DNA of 64,000 nucleotides, taken from assembly GCA_030603665.1 (NCBI GenBank), contig JAUVXJ010000006.1:54781-118780 (forward strand), read 5' to 3'. Position 1 is the stretch's first letter; each line of letters starts with the position of its first letter. Below are positions 20,286 to 29,366 of this stretch, in pieces. A program made the translations under genes and the position numbers. Under the pieces are notes generated by a model, which saw nothing but the letters and a program-made list of their open reading frames with translations, did not search any database and had not been told where the DNA came from. The stretch is from Chloroflexota bacterium. GTDB lineage: Bacteria > Chloroflexota > Anaerolineae > UBA7937 > B3-Chlor.

Positions 20286-21293
20286 TTGGTTATTATGCTC
20301 CACCGTTATGACTATATGTCCCTTCTTGAGCCCTTCTTCAACATACCGGTGAGCCTCGGCAGTCTGTTCCAACGGAAAGCGTCTATCTATGACCGCTCTT
20401 ATCTTCCCCGCCTCAATCAGCTCTTTGACGGAAATCAAATCCTCAGTACTTCCTGGTGCAATCGCACATATTACTTTCTTGCTGCCTATCATTGAAGTCC
20501 ATAGCATTTGAAAAAGCTGTCTCATCTTAAAGCTGGCCAAGAGATAGCGCCCGTTTTGCGATAGCGATGTCTTGCATCGTGAAAACGAACTCTTGCCTAA
20601 TATGTCAAAAATAAGATCATAGGTCTCACCGCTTTTGGTAAAATCCTCCTTGGTGTAATCAATGACCTTATCAGCCCCCAGAGATTTCACAAATTCCAAT
20701 CTCGGGGTACCGCATACCCCGGTAACTTCTGCGCCAAAGTGCTTGGCAAGCTGTACCGCAGCTGAACCTATCGCTCCAGAAGCGCCATTGATGAGGACTT
20801 TTTGTCCGCTCTGAATATTCCCCTTCTCTCTAAGCAAATTCAACGCAACTATTGACCCCCATAGAACGACGACGGCTTCCTCATGGGTCATATTGGCCGG
20901 CTTTGTGGCCAACACCCCGTCTTCAGGCATACATACATACTCGGCATAAGCACCCATGATCTGACCACGATATCCAAAGACTTGGTCACCTTCTTTGAAT
21001 CGCTTTGCATCCTTGCCGGTTGCTTCAATTTCCCCGGCAAACTCACTCCCTAGTATAGCTATCTTTGGTTTTCTGAAACCAAAGAACATTCCTGTGACGA
21101 GCCAGAAGGGGAAAGGCATGTTGAATTTCCGAGGGGAGACTTCTTTGAAATTCCGAGCTACAATATCCCCGTAACTTACTGTTGCCGCATATACTTTTAT
21201 GAGTACTTCACTGTCCTTGGGAGTAGGTTTTTCTACCTCTTTGAGCTGAAGAACATCCGGTGGTCCGTATTCTGTGTATACAATCGCTTTCAT
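20280..21293 (-). CDS. MDR family oxidoreductase, copy 7
   Basis: Same motifs; longest N-terminal variable loop ([19 protein letters not shown]). Confidence 0.9.
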   Translation of the reverse strand: MKAIVYTEYGPPDVLQLKEVEKPTPKDSEVLIKVYAATVSYGDIVARNFKEVSPRKFNMPFPFWLVTGMFFGFRKPKIAILGSEFAGEIEATGKDAKRFKEGDQVFGYRGQIMGAYAEYVCMPEDGVLATKPANMTHEEAVVVLWGSIVALNLLREKGNIQSGQKVLINGASGAIGSAAVQLAKHFGAEVTGVCGTPRLEFVKSLGADKVIDYTKEDFTKSGETYDLIFDILGKSSFSRCKTSLSQNGRYLLASFKMRQLFQMLWTSMIGSKKVICAIAPGSTEDLISVKELIEAGKIRAVIDRRFPLEQTAEAHRYVEEGLKKGHIVITVEHNNQT

Positions 21294-21368
21294 GAGCTTC
21301 CTCCTATACTGTTTTGATCCGGTGATTCTACCTGTAGTTCACCACAATCTAACCAATAGGTTTGCGGA

Positions 21369-21400
21369 ACCCAACGGCCCGCGCACCAGGCGCGCGGCGA
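21369..21400 (-). repeat. attC right-half remnant
   Basis: ...GGTGCGCGGGCC GTTGGGT immediately before the conserved MDR leader. Confidence 0.55.
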
Positions 21401-21434
21401 GGCTACACTGCTGGGTGCAGTCCGTGGCGAACGA

Positions 21435-21761
21435 TCACGGCCGGCTTCTGAAGGCTTCGATCAGTGCGGGATAGAAGCCGCTCAGCGCAGCCACAAGCAC
21501 GGCTAATTTGACCGTGGCGAACCAGGTCAGGTTTGCGCTAACCAGACCCTGAGCGACCGCCCCGGGGAACAGGTCGGGAACGACCCACGCCCATACGAAC
21601 TTGAACACGACCACCGAAATGACAAAGGTCACGGCGACGGCGATGAGGATGGCGATCCCTATTGGCACCCCTTCAGTCACCCGTCTTTCAACTTCTTCAG
21701 CCACCCGCTTTTCTAGTTCTTCAGCCATCCGTTTCTCTGCTTCGTCTTTTGACTCCTCCAT
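21435..21761 (-). CDS. Small membrane protein (108 aa), copy 2
   Basis: Near-identical to 11317-11643, including the RBS and downstream flank. Confidence 0.8.
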   Translation of the reverse strand: MEESKDEAEKRMAEELEKRVAEEVERRVTEGVPIGIAILIAVAVTFVISVVVFKFVWAWVVPDLFPGAVAQGLVSANLTWFATVKLAVLVAALSGFYPALIEAFRSRP

Positions 21762-21778
21762 TGTAGTATCCTCCTTGA

Positions 21779-21811
21779 GGAATAGCGGTAGGGTGTTGCG
21801 CTCTGTTAGGT
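21779..21811 (-). repeat. attC left-half remnant
   Basis: ACCTAAC AGAGCGCAACACCCTACCGCTATTCC, matching the left arm of the 16652 site family. Confidence 0.65.
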
Positions 21812-22804
21812 CTTGCTGTTATGTTCCACAGTGATGACTACATTTCCCTTCTTGCCCCCTTTTTCGACATACCTGTGGGCCTCGGCAGTCTGTTCCAGCG
21901 GATAGCTTCTATCGATGACCGGTTTTATCTTTCCCGCCTCAATAAGCTCTTTGAGGAAAACCAAATCTTCGGTCGTAGGTGACCCTGCCCCGAATATCAC
22001 CTTCTTGCTGCCGGTCATTGAAGTCCATCGCCCTCGAACCATCTGTGACAGCGGAGGGTTAGCTAAGAGATAGCGTCCGTTTTCCTCCAGCGATCTTACA
22101 CTGCCTGAAAACGGACTCTTCCCTACCACGTCAAGAATAGCGTCATAGGTCTCACCGCTCTTGGTGAAATCCTCTTGAGTGTAATCAATGACCTGGTCTG
22201 CACCAATGGAGCGCAACATGTCTAATTTCCCCGCGCTGTCCCCACCGGTCACTTGAGCCCCAAAGTACTTGGCAAGCTGTATCGCCATAGTACCTATACT
22301 TCCACCCGCACCATTAATCAACAGCTTCTGTCCGCTCTGGACATTTCCTTTTCTAAGAAAATGCAATGCTTCAAGTCCCCCGACAGGAACGGCGGCGGCT
22401 TCCTCATAGGTCATATTGGCCGGCTTTATTACCAGCACCCCTTCTCTAGGTTCTTCAGGCAGACATATGTACTCGGCATAAGCACCCAGACCAAAACCGG
22501 GAGTTCCAAAAACTTGGTCACCTTCTTTAAACAGTTTGACATCTCTTCCTACTGCTTCGATTTCCCCGGCTAGCTCCTGCCCTAGTATGGTCATTCTCCT
22601 TGGTTTTCTGAGACCCACATATGCTCGCATGGGGAGCGACAAGAAGAGAGGGAATTTGAGACTTCGCATCTCACAGTCCCCTGCTGTCACTGTTGTCGCA
22701 TATATTCTGATCAGTACTTCATTGTCCTTGGGAGTAGGTTTTTCCACCTCTTTGAGCTGAAGAACATCCGGTGGTCCGTATTCTGTCCATACTATTGCCT
22801 TCAT
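21806..22804 (-). CDS. MDR family oxidoreductase, copy 8
   Basis: Same motifs; GGAGG RBS. Confidence 0.9.
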   Translation of the reverse strand: MKAIVWTEYGPPDVLQLKEVEKPTPKDNEVLIRIYATTVTAGDCEMRSLKFPLFLSLPMRAYVGLRKPRRMTILGQELAGEIEAVGRDVKLFKEGDQVFGTPGFGLGAYAEYICLPEEPREGVLVIKPANMTYEEAAAVPVGGLEALHFLRKGNVQSGQKLLINGAGGSIGTMAIQLAKYFGAQVTGGDSAGKLDMLRSIGADQVIDYTQEDFTKSGETYDAILDVVGKSPFSGSVRSLEENGRYLLANPPLSQMVRGRWTSMTGSKKVIFGAGSPTTEDLVFLKELIEAGKIKPVIDRSYPLEQTAEAHRYVEKGGKKGNVVITVEHNSKT

Positions 22805-22852
22805 CAGTTTCCTCCAAGATTGCGCGGCATATTGGTTGGATGCAGCACTTTG

Positions 22853-23836
22853 TCAGGTCATGTTATGTGCCACAGTGATGACTGCTTTACCTAGGACGTG
22901 TCCTTCTTCAAGGTACCGGAAAGCTTGAGCGGCCTCGCTCAACGGGTAACATCTATCTATGACAGGTACGACCTTGCCGCTTTCGAAGAGCTCTGCCAAA
23001 AGAACCAAGTCTTCTCTATTGTTTGCATCCCAGGCATTGAGACCTATCTTCTTGCTCCCCATCCTGGATATCAGAGTCCCTAGGAATACGACTTGGAGAA
23101 GTGTGGCCAAGGAACCTCCGACCCAGACATAGACTCCCTCGGGACTCAAAGCACGCCGGTAATCGAGAACCGAACGATATGCCACAACATCAAAGATCAG
23201 ATCATAGCGTTGCCCACTCTTGGTGTAGTCCTCTTGGGTGTAATCAAGAACATGGTCAGCACCAATGGAGCGCAGCATGTCCAGTTTCATCGCGCTATCC
23301 ACGCCGGTCACTTCGGCCCCAAAGTACTTGGCCAACTGAACCGCAAACGTTCCCATACCACCGCCCGCACCATTGATCAGGACCTGTTGTCCTCGCTGAA
23401 TCTGTCCTTTGTCGCGAAGACTCTGCAGGGAGATGATTGCCGAGTGAGGATAGGTCGCTGCTTCCTCGAATGTCATACTGGCCGGTTTCAGCGCCAGTGC
23501 ATTCTCAGAAGCACACACATACTCAGCAAAGGTGCCATAACCATACGGATAAGATAAGTCCCCCCATACCTCATCACCTGGCTGAAACCGCTTTACGTTT
23601 CCGCCAACCGCCTCAACCCTCCCGGCCATGTCTGTACCGAGTATCTTGTACCTTGGTCTTATGGGCCCAACGAAGCGCGCGTGCCACTCACCTCTCAGGG
23701 TCTCCAGGTCACCTGCATTGACGGACACCGCATGAACTCTTACCAGTGCTTCATCGTCCTTGGGAGTGGGTCTTTCTACCTCTGTGAGCTGAAGGACATC
23801 CGGTGGTCCGTATTCTGTGCATACGATCGCCTTCAC
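22853..23836 (-). CDS. MDR family oxidoreductase, copy 9
   Basis: GTG start at 23836 (VKAIVCTEYGPP) behind GGAGG; GAGGGMG. Confidence 0.9.
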   Translation of the reverse strand: MKAIVCTEYGPPDVLQLTEVERPTPKDDEALVRVHAVSVNAGDLETLRGEWHARFVGPIRPRYKILGTDMAGRVEAVGGNVKRFQPGDEVWGDLSYPYGYGTFAEYVCASENALALKPASMTFEEAATYPHSAIISLQSLRDKGQIQRGQQVLINGAGGGMGTFAVQLAKYFGAEVTGVDSAMKLDMLRSIGADHVLDYTQEDYTKSGQRYDLIFDVVAYRSVLDYRRALSPEGVYVWVGGSLATLLQVVFLGTLISRMGSKKIGLNAWDANNREDLVLLAELFESGKVVPVIDRCYPLSEAAQAFRYLEEGHVLGKAVITVAHNMT

Positions 23837-24012
23837 GAGTTTCCTCCAAACTTGCTTTGAGGGGAAGCAGGCGAACACCCATCGCTCTTTCATCCTCAGA
23901 ATCCCATAGAGCGGGAGAGGATAAGTCCCCTGCGAATGACGCGGGCGCATCCACTCTTCCTTCCTCCATTGCCTTCAGCGGGCCCGCGTCATTCCCCTAT
24001 CGTCAAGACTCC

Positions 24013-24720
24013 CTACGAGGCCCTCGACAGACTGTAGACCTTCCATCCCAGGACGAAATAGAAGATGAGGCATGCGAAATAGCTGCCCGCGCCGATCATA
24101 GAGGAGGGATCGACCATTTGGAGGACTGCCGCTACGAGACCAACCACCCCGAGCAGCACGCTCACCCCGCCAAAGCCCTTGCCAAAGGCCGGGGCCCCGA
24201 GCATGGCCACTCCGAGGGCAATGAGACCTGTCGGCACGACAAAGAACCCTACGTAGAGCATCGCATCGAATACGCCCAACGTCGCCTGCCACAAGAGGGC
24301 GAGTGTCGCCTGCTCCCCGGGGGTCGCCCCAGGAGCGTGATAGAGGTCGGAGAGCGGAGCGTGAGCGACATGCGGGAGAGTTCCGGCCATGAGCACGGCG
24401 AGACCCAGAATGGCCAGGACGCTCCCGAAGAGGGCGGGCGCGAGGCTCGTCCTCCGGAGAGCCCGATACAAGGCAAGGAAGAGGGTGACCTCCAAGATGA
24501 GAGCCACCAGGTATATGCCATTCTCTACTATGCGGGCCGCTCTGATGTCGGGGAACCTCGTGACAAACCCCGCGAGGTCGACAGGATCCTCCATTCCCAC
24601 GGGACCCGCGAGTATTACGACCCAGGTGAGAATGAGGAGGATGCCACCCAGCATACCGGCCAGACCACCCCATCGCAGAACGCCTTTCTCCTCCTCCATC
24701 TTCTGCAAATCATTCATCAT
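24013..24720 (-). CDS. DUF4386-like multi-TM membrane protein
   Basis: 235 aa, about 6 TM segments, AAGGAG RBS, LRWGGLAG..GG N-terminal pattern. Confidence 0.65.
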   Translation of the reverse strand: MMNDLQKMEEEKGVLRWGGLAGMLGGILLILTWVVILAGPVGMEDPVDLAGFVTRFPDIRAARIVENGIYLVALILEVTLFLALYRALRRTSLAPALFGSVLAILGLAVLMAGTLPHVAHAPLSDLYHAPGATPGEQATLALLWQATLGVFDAMLYVGFFVVPTGLIALGVAMLGAPAFGKGFGGVSVLLGVVGLVAAVLQMVDPSSMIGAGSYFACLIFYFVLGWKVYSLSRAS

Positions 24721-24854
24721 TTATCTCCTTTGTTTTCGACATCTTTGATGAGTTTCATTGAATTGGACTTGACAAGACTGTGGTCGCCATCCTGTTCCTA
24801 AGAGCTGAAATGGGCTAGAAATGCTCTATAGGCAAACCTCCTTCTTAAATATCG

Positions 24855-25142
24855 CTATCGTGCCTCAATTTGCTGTTTGACATCTGACGCATCTGCCTGG
24901 CCGGGTTGAACGCGATTGATCGAAAGCAATGGCATTCCGAAACCACGCACTCTTCTTAGCAATCCATACAACGCGGCCTGATCGACCGCCGGGCCGGTCA
25001 AAAGCGTACCGCCGTCCTCTTCCAGCGTGATGGTCAGGCCCCAAAACCAGTCTGTTCATTGACGACCCAGATGGCCCTTGAGCCTGACTTGATAGATCAT
25101 TGCGGGCCTCGGATCAGTTTCTGGGTTGAGTTTGTTTGACAT
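24855..25142 (-). pseudogene. Small conserved hypothetical protein with an in-frame TGA
   Basis: MSNK..YQVRLKGHLGRQ*TDWFWGLTITLEEDGGTLLTGPAVDQAALYGLLRRVRGFGMPLLSINRV; the stop at 25056-25058 is at a position that I recall as Trp in this family. Confidence 0.75.
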
Positions 25143-25251
25143 TACCCTGTACCTGTTGTGGCCGGTCATAACAGCCTGTAACCTATGCCACTTGCGCGCA
25201 ACCCCGCGACTCTTGCACAAATGGGTGGCGATGTGTCTGCGGTACGGGTTG

Positions 25252-26259
25252 TCATTTGCCATTATCCCCCACAGTAATTACTATCTTCCCCAGGTGGGGT
25301 TCCTCTGAAAGATACCGGAGAGCTTCAGGGACCTCACTTAACGGGTACCGTCTATCTATGACAGGCACCACTTTGCCGGCTTCAAAAAGCTCCCCCAATA
25401 GAGCCAAATCCTCCTTCCTGTTTGGTTTCCAAATCACGACACCCATCTTCTTGCTCCCGCTCCTTGAAACCAATGGTCCTAGAAACATGGCTTGGAAAAT
25501 CCCAGCCGTGGAACCTCCGACAAAGACACAGATTCCCCCGGGATTCAAAGCACGCCTGTAAGCGAGAATCGAACGACGTGCCACAACATCAACAATCAGG
25601 TCATAACGCTGCCCACTCTTGGTGAAGTCTTCTTGAGTGTAATCAATGACATGGTCTGCACCAATCGAGCGCAGCATGTCCAGTTTCATCGTGCTGTCCA
25701 CGCCAGTCACTTCAGCCCCAAAGTGCTTGGCGATCTGCACCGCAAACGTACCCACACCACCACCCGCGCCATTGATCAGAACCTTTTGCCCTGACTGAAG
25801 CGGTCTCTTGTGCTCAGGCCTCACTCCCATAGGAGCCTCGCGAAGATTCTGCAGGGCGAGGACTGCCGCTTGAGGATAGGCCGCTGCTTCCTCCCATGTC
25901 ATACTGGCCGGTTTCGGCCTTAATGCGTCTTCAGGAACACGTACATACTCAGCAAGAGCGCCCCAACCATACTCCGTCAAATCCCCCCATATCTCATCAC
26001 CTGGCTGAAACTGCTTCACGCTTCTGCCAACCGCTTCAACCCGCCCGGCTATGTCAGTTCCGAGTATCTTGTACGTTGGTCGTAGAGGCGCCACCATGCG
26101 GACTATGAAGTCACCTCTCAGGGTTTCCAAGTCAGCTCCATTTAAGGATGACGCATGAACTCTTACCAGTACTTCCCCCTCCTTGGGGGTAGGTCTTTCT
26201 ACCTCCTTGAGCTGAAGAACATCCGGTGGGCCGTATTTCGTGCATACAATCGCTTTCAT
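25252..26259 (-). CDS. MDR family oxidoreductase, copy 10
   Basis: Same motifs; GAGGGVG; extra insert EAPMGVRPEHKRP. Confidence 0.9.
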   Translation of the reverse strand: MKAIVCTKYGPPDVLQLKEVERPTPKEGEVLVRVHASSLNGADLETLRGDFIVRMVAPLRPTYKILGTDIAGRVEAVGRSVKQFQPGDEIWGDLTEYGWGALAEYVRVPEDALRPKPASMTWEEAAAYPQAAVLALQNLREAPMGVRPEHKRPLQSGQKVLINGAGGGVGTFAVQIAKHFGAEVTGVDSTMKLDMLRSIGADHVIDYTQEDFTKSGQRYDLIVDVVARRSILAYRRALNPGGICVFVGGSTAGIFQAMFLGPLVSRSGSKKMGVVIWKPNRKEDLALLGELFEAGKVVPVIDRRYPLSEVPEALRYLSEEPHLGKIVITVGDNGK

Positions 26260-26307
26260 GAGTTTCCTCCGAGATTGCGCCCCATATCGGTTGGGTGCAG
26301 CGTTTCG

Positions 26308-26575
26308 CTAGGTTCTGCTGTTATGTTCCATAGTTATTAGGATCTTTCCTAGGTTGGGTTCTTCTTCAAGATACCGGAGAGCTTCAGGGACCTCACTCAA
26401 CGGGTAACGTCTATGAATTACAGGTACTACTTTGCTGGCTTCAAAAAGCTCTACCAAAAATGCCAAGTCTTCCTTATTGTTTGGTTTCCACGGCACTGCA
26501 CCCATTTTCTTACTCCCGGTCATAGAAATCAATGGTGCCAATTTCACCGCACGCGGTCTCTTTGCTTGAATTCAT
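26308..26575 (-). pseudogene. Chimeric remnant: DUF4386-type start (MNSSKETA) joined out of frame to an MDR C-terminus
   Basis: RBS and first codons match the gene starting at 10886; then PLISMTGSKKMG..VIHRRYPL..EHNSRT*. Confidence 0.7.
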
Positions 26576-26597
26576 TTTTCCTTCCCTTTGACCCTGG

Positions 26598-27644
26598 CTA
26601 CGCGCTGGCAACGAGAACCACCTTGCCCGCGTATCCGCCGCGCTCAAGCAGCTCGTGAGCACGAACGGCCTCAAGCAATGGAATGCGCTCCGCCACCACC
26701 GGCTTGATCCTGCCCGCTGCCAGCGAATCGAAGAGCTCCGTCAGCGTTTCGCGGTACCAAGCGTTGTGCGTGAGAGGAAACTTTAGTATGTTCGGGTCTA
26801 ACGGCACCCGCCTGCTGCCCGGAATGAGCTTAAGCAGAAAAGCCGCCAACCCGCTGAGTAGAATGGCCCCCATCCCCTTCTTGGATGTCGCGACATTGCC
26901 GAACATCACCAACCGTCCGCCTTTGCGCAGGGTTCGGTATGAACGCCAGAGTTGCCGTGCGCCGCCGATGGTGTCGAACACGGCATCCACCCCATCGCCG
27001 GTAAGAGTACGGATGCGCTCGACAAAGTCTTCAGTGCGGTAGTCGATCGGTGTGGCTCCGAGTGCGGACACGAGTTCGTGGTTGTACTTGGACGCCGTGC
27101 CGTACATCTCCAGCCCGGCCAGCTTGCCGAGCCCGAGCAGAGCGGTCCCTATGCCTCCCCCCGCACCGTGGACCAGGATGCGCTCGCCGCTCCGCACGCT
27201 GGCAGCCCGGTGCAGGTACAGGTGCGCGGTGAGGTAGTTCTCCACCATGCAGACGGCCTCGGCAGGATCCAGGCCCGAGGGGACGGGCACCAACTGGCTG
27301 GCGGGCCGGCATATGAACTCCGCGTAGCCACCGCCATCACCAAAGGTCCAGCCGGCAACCCTCTGCCCCGGCTCGACGGTTGACACTCCCTCGCCCAGCT
27401 TGTCCACTACACCAACGATGTCCCCGCCCGGTGTGAACGGCACGCGCGGAGTCCCGGGGACCGAAATCGAGCGGACCATGCGATCGAAGCCGGAGACTCC
27501 GGCGGCCACGACCTTCACCCGAACCTCGCCGGCCTGGGGTTCCGGGAGATCCTCTTCCACCACCTGCAACACGTCCGGCCCGCCATGCTGCGACACGACG
27601 ACGCGATGATGTTTCACTGCATTCGGTTCTTCTTTGGTAGTCAT
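26598..27644 (-). CDS. MDR family oxidoreductase, second subfamily, copy 11
   Basis: Paralogue of 16864-17880; AAAGGAG RBS. Confidence 0.9.
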   Translation of the reverse strand: MTTKEEPNAVKHHRVVVSQHGGPDVLQVVEEDLPEPQAGEVRVKVVAAGVSGFDRMVRSISVPGTPRVPFTPGGDIVGVVDKLGEGVSTVEPGQRVAGWTFGDGGGYAEFICRPASQLVPVPSGLDPAEAVCMVENYLTAHLYLHRAASVRSGERILVHGAGGGIGTALLGLGKLAGLEMYGTASKYNHELVSALGATPIDYRTEDFVERIRTLTGDGVDAVFDTIGGARQLWRSYRTLRKGGRLVMFGNVATSKKGMGAILLSGLAAFLLKLIPGSRRVPLDPNILKFPLTHNAWYRETLTELFDSLAAGRIKPVVAERIPLLEAVRAHELLERGGYAGKVVLVASA

Positions 27645-27785
27645 CGTTTCTTCTCCTTTTTGACTACTCCGAGATTGGTGAAATCTTACGCTTACAGGAT
27701 AGCAGCCAGGTGGTATTAGTATTATGCCCTGGTATGACCGCGAAAACGTTAGTTAGTGGGTTAACTCTATGGTTGTCACATCCAT

Positions 27786-28745
27786 TCACATAGTTATGAC
27801 CACTTTTCCTTTGGCGTGTCCTTCTTCAAGATACCGGAGAGCTTCAGGGACCTCACTTAACGGGTAACGTCGATCTATTACAGGTACTACTTTGCCGGCT
27901 TCAAAAAGCTCGTCCAAAAAAACCAAATCTTCCTTCTTGTTTGGCTTCCACATCACCATACCTATCTTCTTACTCCCGATCATTGAGATAAATAGTCCTA
28001 GAAGCACATTTAGAAACACTCGAGCCATGGGACCTCCGACCATGACACAAATTCCCTTGGGACTCAAGGCACGCTTATAATCGAAAATCGAACGATATGC
28101 CACAACATCAACAACCAGGTCATAACGCTGCCCACTTTTGGTGAAATCTTCTTCAGTGTAATCAATGACATGATCTGCACCAATCGAGCGCAGCATGTCC
28201 AGTTTCCCCGTGCTGTCCACGCCAGTCACTTCAGCCCCAAAGTACTTGGCGATCTGCACCGCAAACGTACCTACACCGCCCCCCGCACCATTGATCAAAA
28301 CCTTCTGTCCTGGCTGAATCTGTCTCTTATCGCGAAGACCCTGCAGGGCGAGGACTCCCGCTTGAGGATAGGTCGCTGCTTCTTCGAATGTCATACTGGC
28401 CGGTTTCGGCGCCAATTCCTTTTCAGGAACAGATACAGACTCGGCAAAAGCGCCGCAACCACACACGAATAGGTCCCCCCATACCTCATCACCTGGTTGA
28501 AACTGCTTTACGTTTCTGCCAACCGCCTCAACCCGCCCCGCTATGTCAGATCCGAGTATCTTGCTTTTTGGTTTTTGTTTCAGAGACCCCCCGTACGTCA
28601 CTCTCAGTGTTTCCAAGTCAGCCGCATTTAAGGATGCCGCATGAACTTCTACCAGTACTTCATTGTCCTTGGGAGTAGGTTTTGCTACCTCTTTGAGCTG
28701 AAGAACATCCGGTGGTCCGTATTTTGTGCAAACGATCGCTTTCAC
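27786..28745 (-). CDS. MDR family oxidoreductase, copy 12
   Basis: GTG start at 28745 behind GGAGG; same motifs. Confidence 0.9.
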   Translation of the reverse strand: MKAIVCTKYGPPDVLQLKEVAKPTPKDNEVLVEVHAASLNAADLETLRVTYGGSLKQKPKSKILGSDIAGRVEAVGRNVKQFQPGDEVWGDLFVCGCGAFAESVSVPEKELAPKPASMTFEEAATYPQAGVLALQGLRDKRQIQPGQKVLINGAGGGVGTFAVQIAKYFGAEVTGVDSTGKLDMLRSIGADHVIDYTEEDFTKSGQRYDLVVDVVAYRSIFDYKRALSPKGICVMVGGPMARVFLNVLLGLFISMIGSKKIGMVMWKPNKKEDLVFLDELFEAGKVVPVIDRRYPLSEVPEALRYLEEGHAKGKVVITM

Positions 28746-28862
28746 AGGTATTCCTCCGAGTTCGCTTCGCTCGCGAGCGATGGAGATATCTCCCGAAGTC
28801 GCCCTATCCAAGCAGTGACTTTGACTCTTTACACTGTACTTCGCAGCTCATGAGACTCAATC

Positions 28863-29231
28863 TCAGGCTACCCACTTCCATGCATACCAGACAGTCAGCA
28901 CATTGAACACAAGTCCTACAATGATTAAGAACTTGTCATACGCGGAAGGGTATGTTGGCAACCCAAAGAGATTAAAAAGAAAGAGGATAGTGGCTGCGAC
29001 GATGCTTACCCAGCGAATCGCGGGATACTTCAACGTCAGGGTCAGCACAACCATAACGATCGGAATCAACATGAAAACTGCGAGTCCCAACCACACTACC
29101 TGACTTGGTTGCGTACCCATGATCTCTCCCGGTTTGAAGTCACCAGCGAATATTCGCAGCACATCCCCCAGAAGATAGACCAACATCAAGACTACCCACA
29201 TTCCTGAAAGCACTATCCTCGTATCAACCAT
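28863..29231 (-). CDS. DUF6326-like small membrane protein
   Basis: R..LS..W...ML.YL.GDV, IPIVMVVLTL and terminal VWYAWKW pattern. Confidence 0.7.
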   Translation of the reverse strand: MVDTRIVLSGMWVVLMLVYLLGDVLRIFAGDFKPGEIMGTQPSQVVWLGLAVFMLIPIVMVVLTLTLKYPAIRWVSIVAATILFLFNLFGLPTYPSAYDKFLIIVGLVFNVLTVWYAWKWVA

Positions 29232-29366
29232 GATTCAATCTCCTCCCTTATGAATGAGAATAGACACTGTTACGTATCGGCTACTTCAACTTGTATCACT
29301 CGTGCCGTGCGCGCAACCGTGCGACTCCCACACTAATAGGTGGCGATGCTTCTGCAATAGGGGTTC

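Noticed and set aside
10899-23557. Recurrent similar plus-strand ORFs (MLHSYDY..., [11 protein letters not shown]...)
   Set aside because: They recur only because they are antisense to the conserved blocks of the MDR paralogues.
23803-24801. 332-aa plus-strand ORF
   Set aside because: Antisense shadow of the GC-rich membrane-protein gene 24013-24720; no motif or RBS.
25056-25058. In-frame TGA as selenocysteine or as a sign of an alternative genetic code
   Set aside because: It falls at a Trp-like position (one change from TGG), and many genes in the window end normally at TGA.
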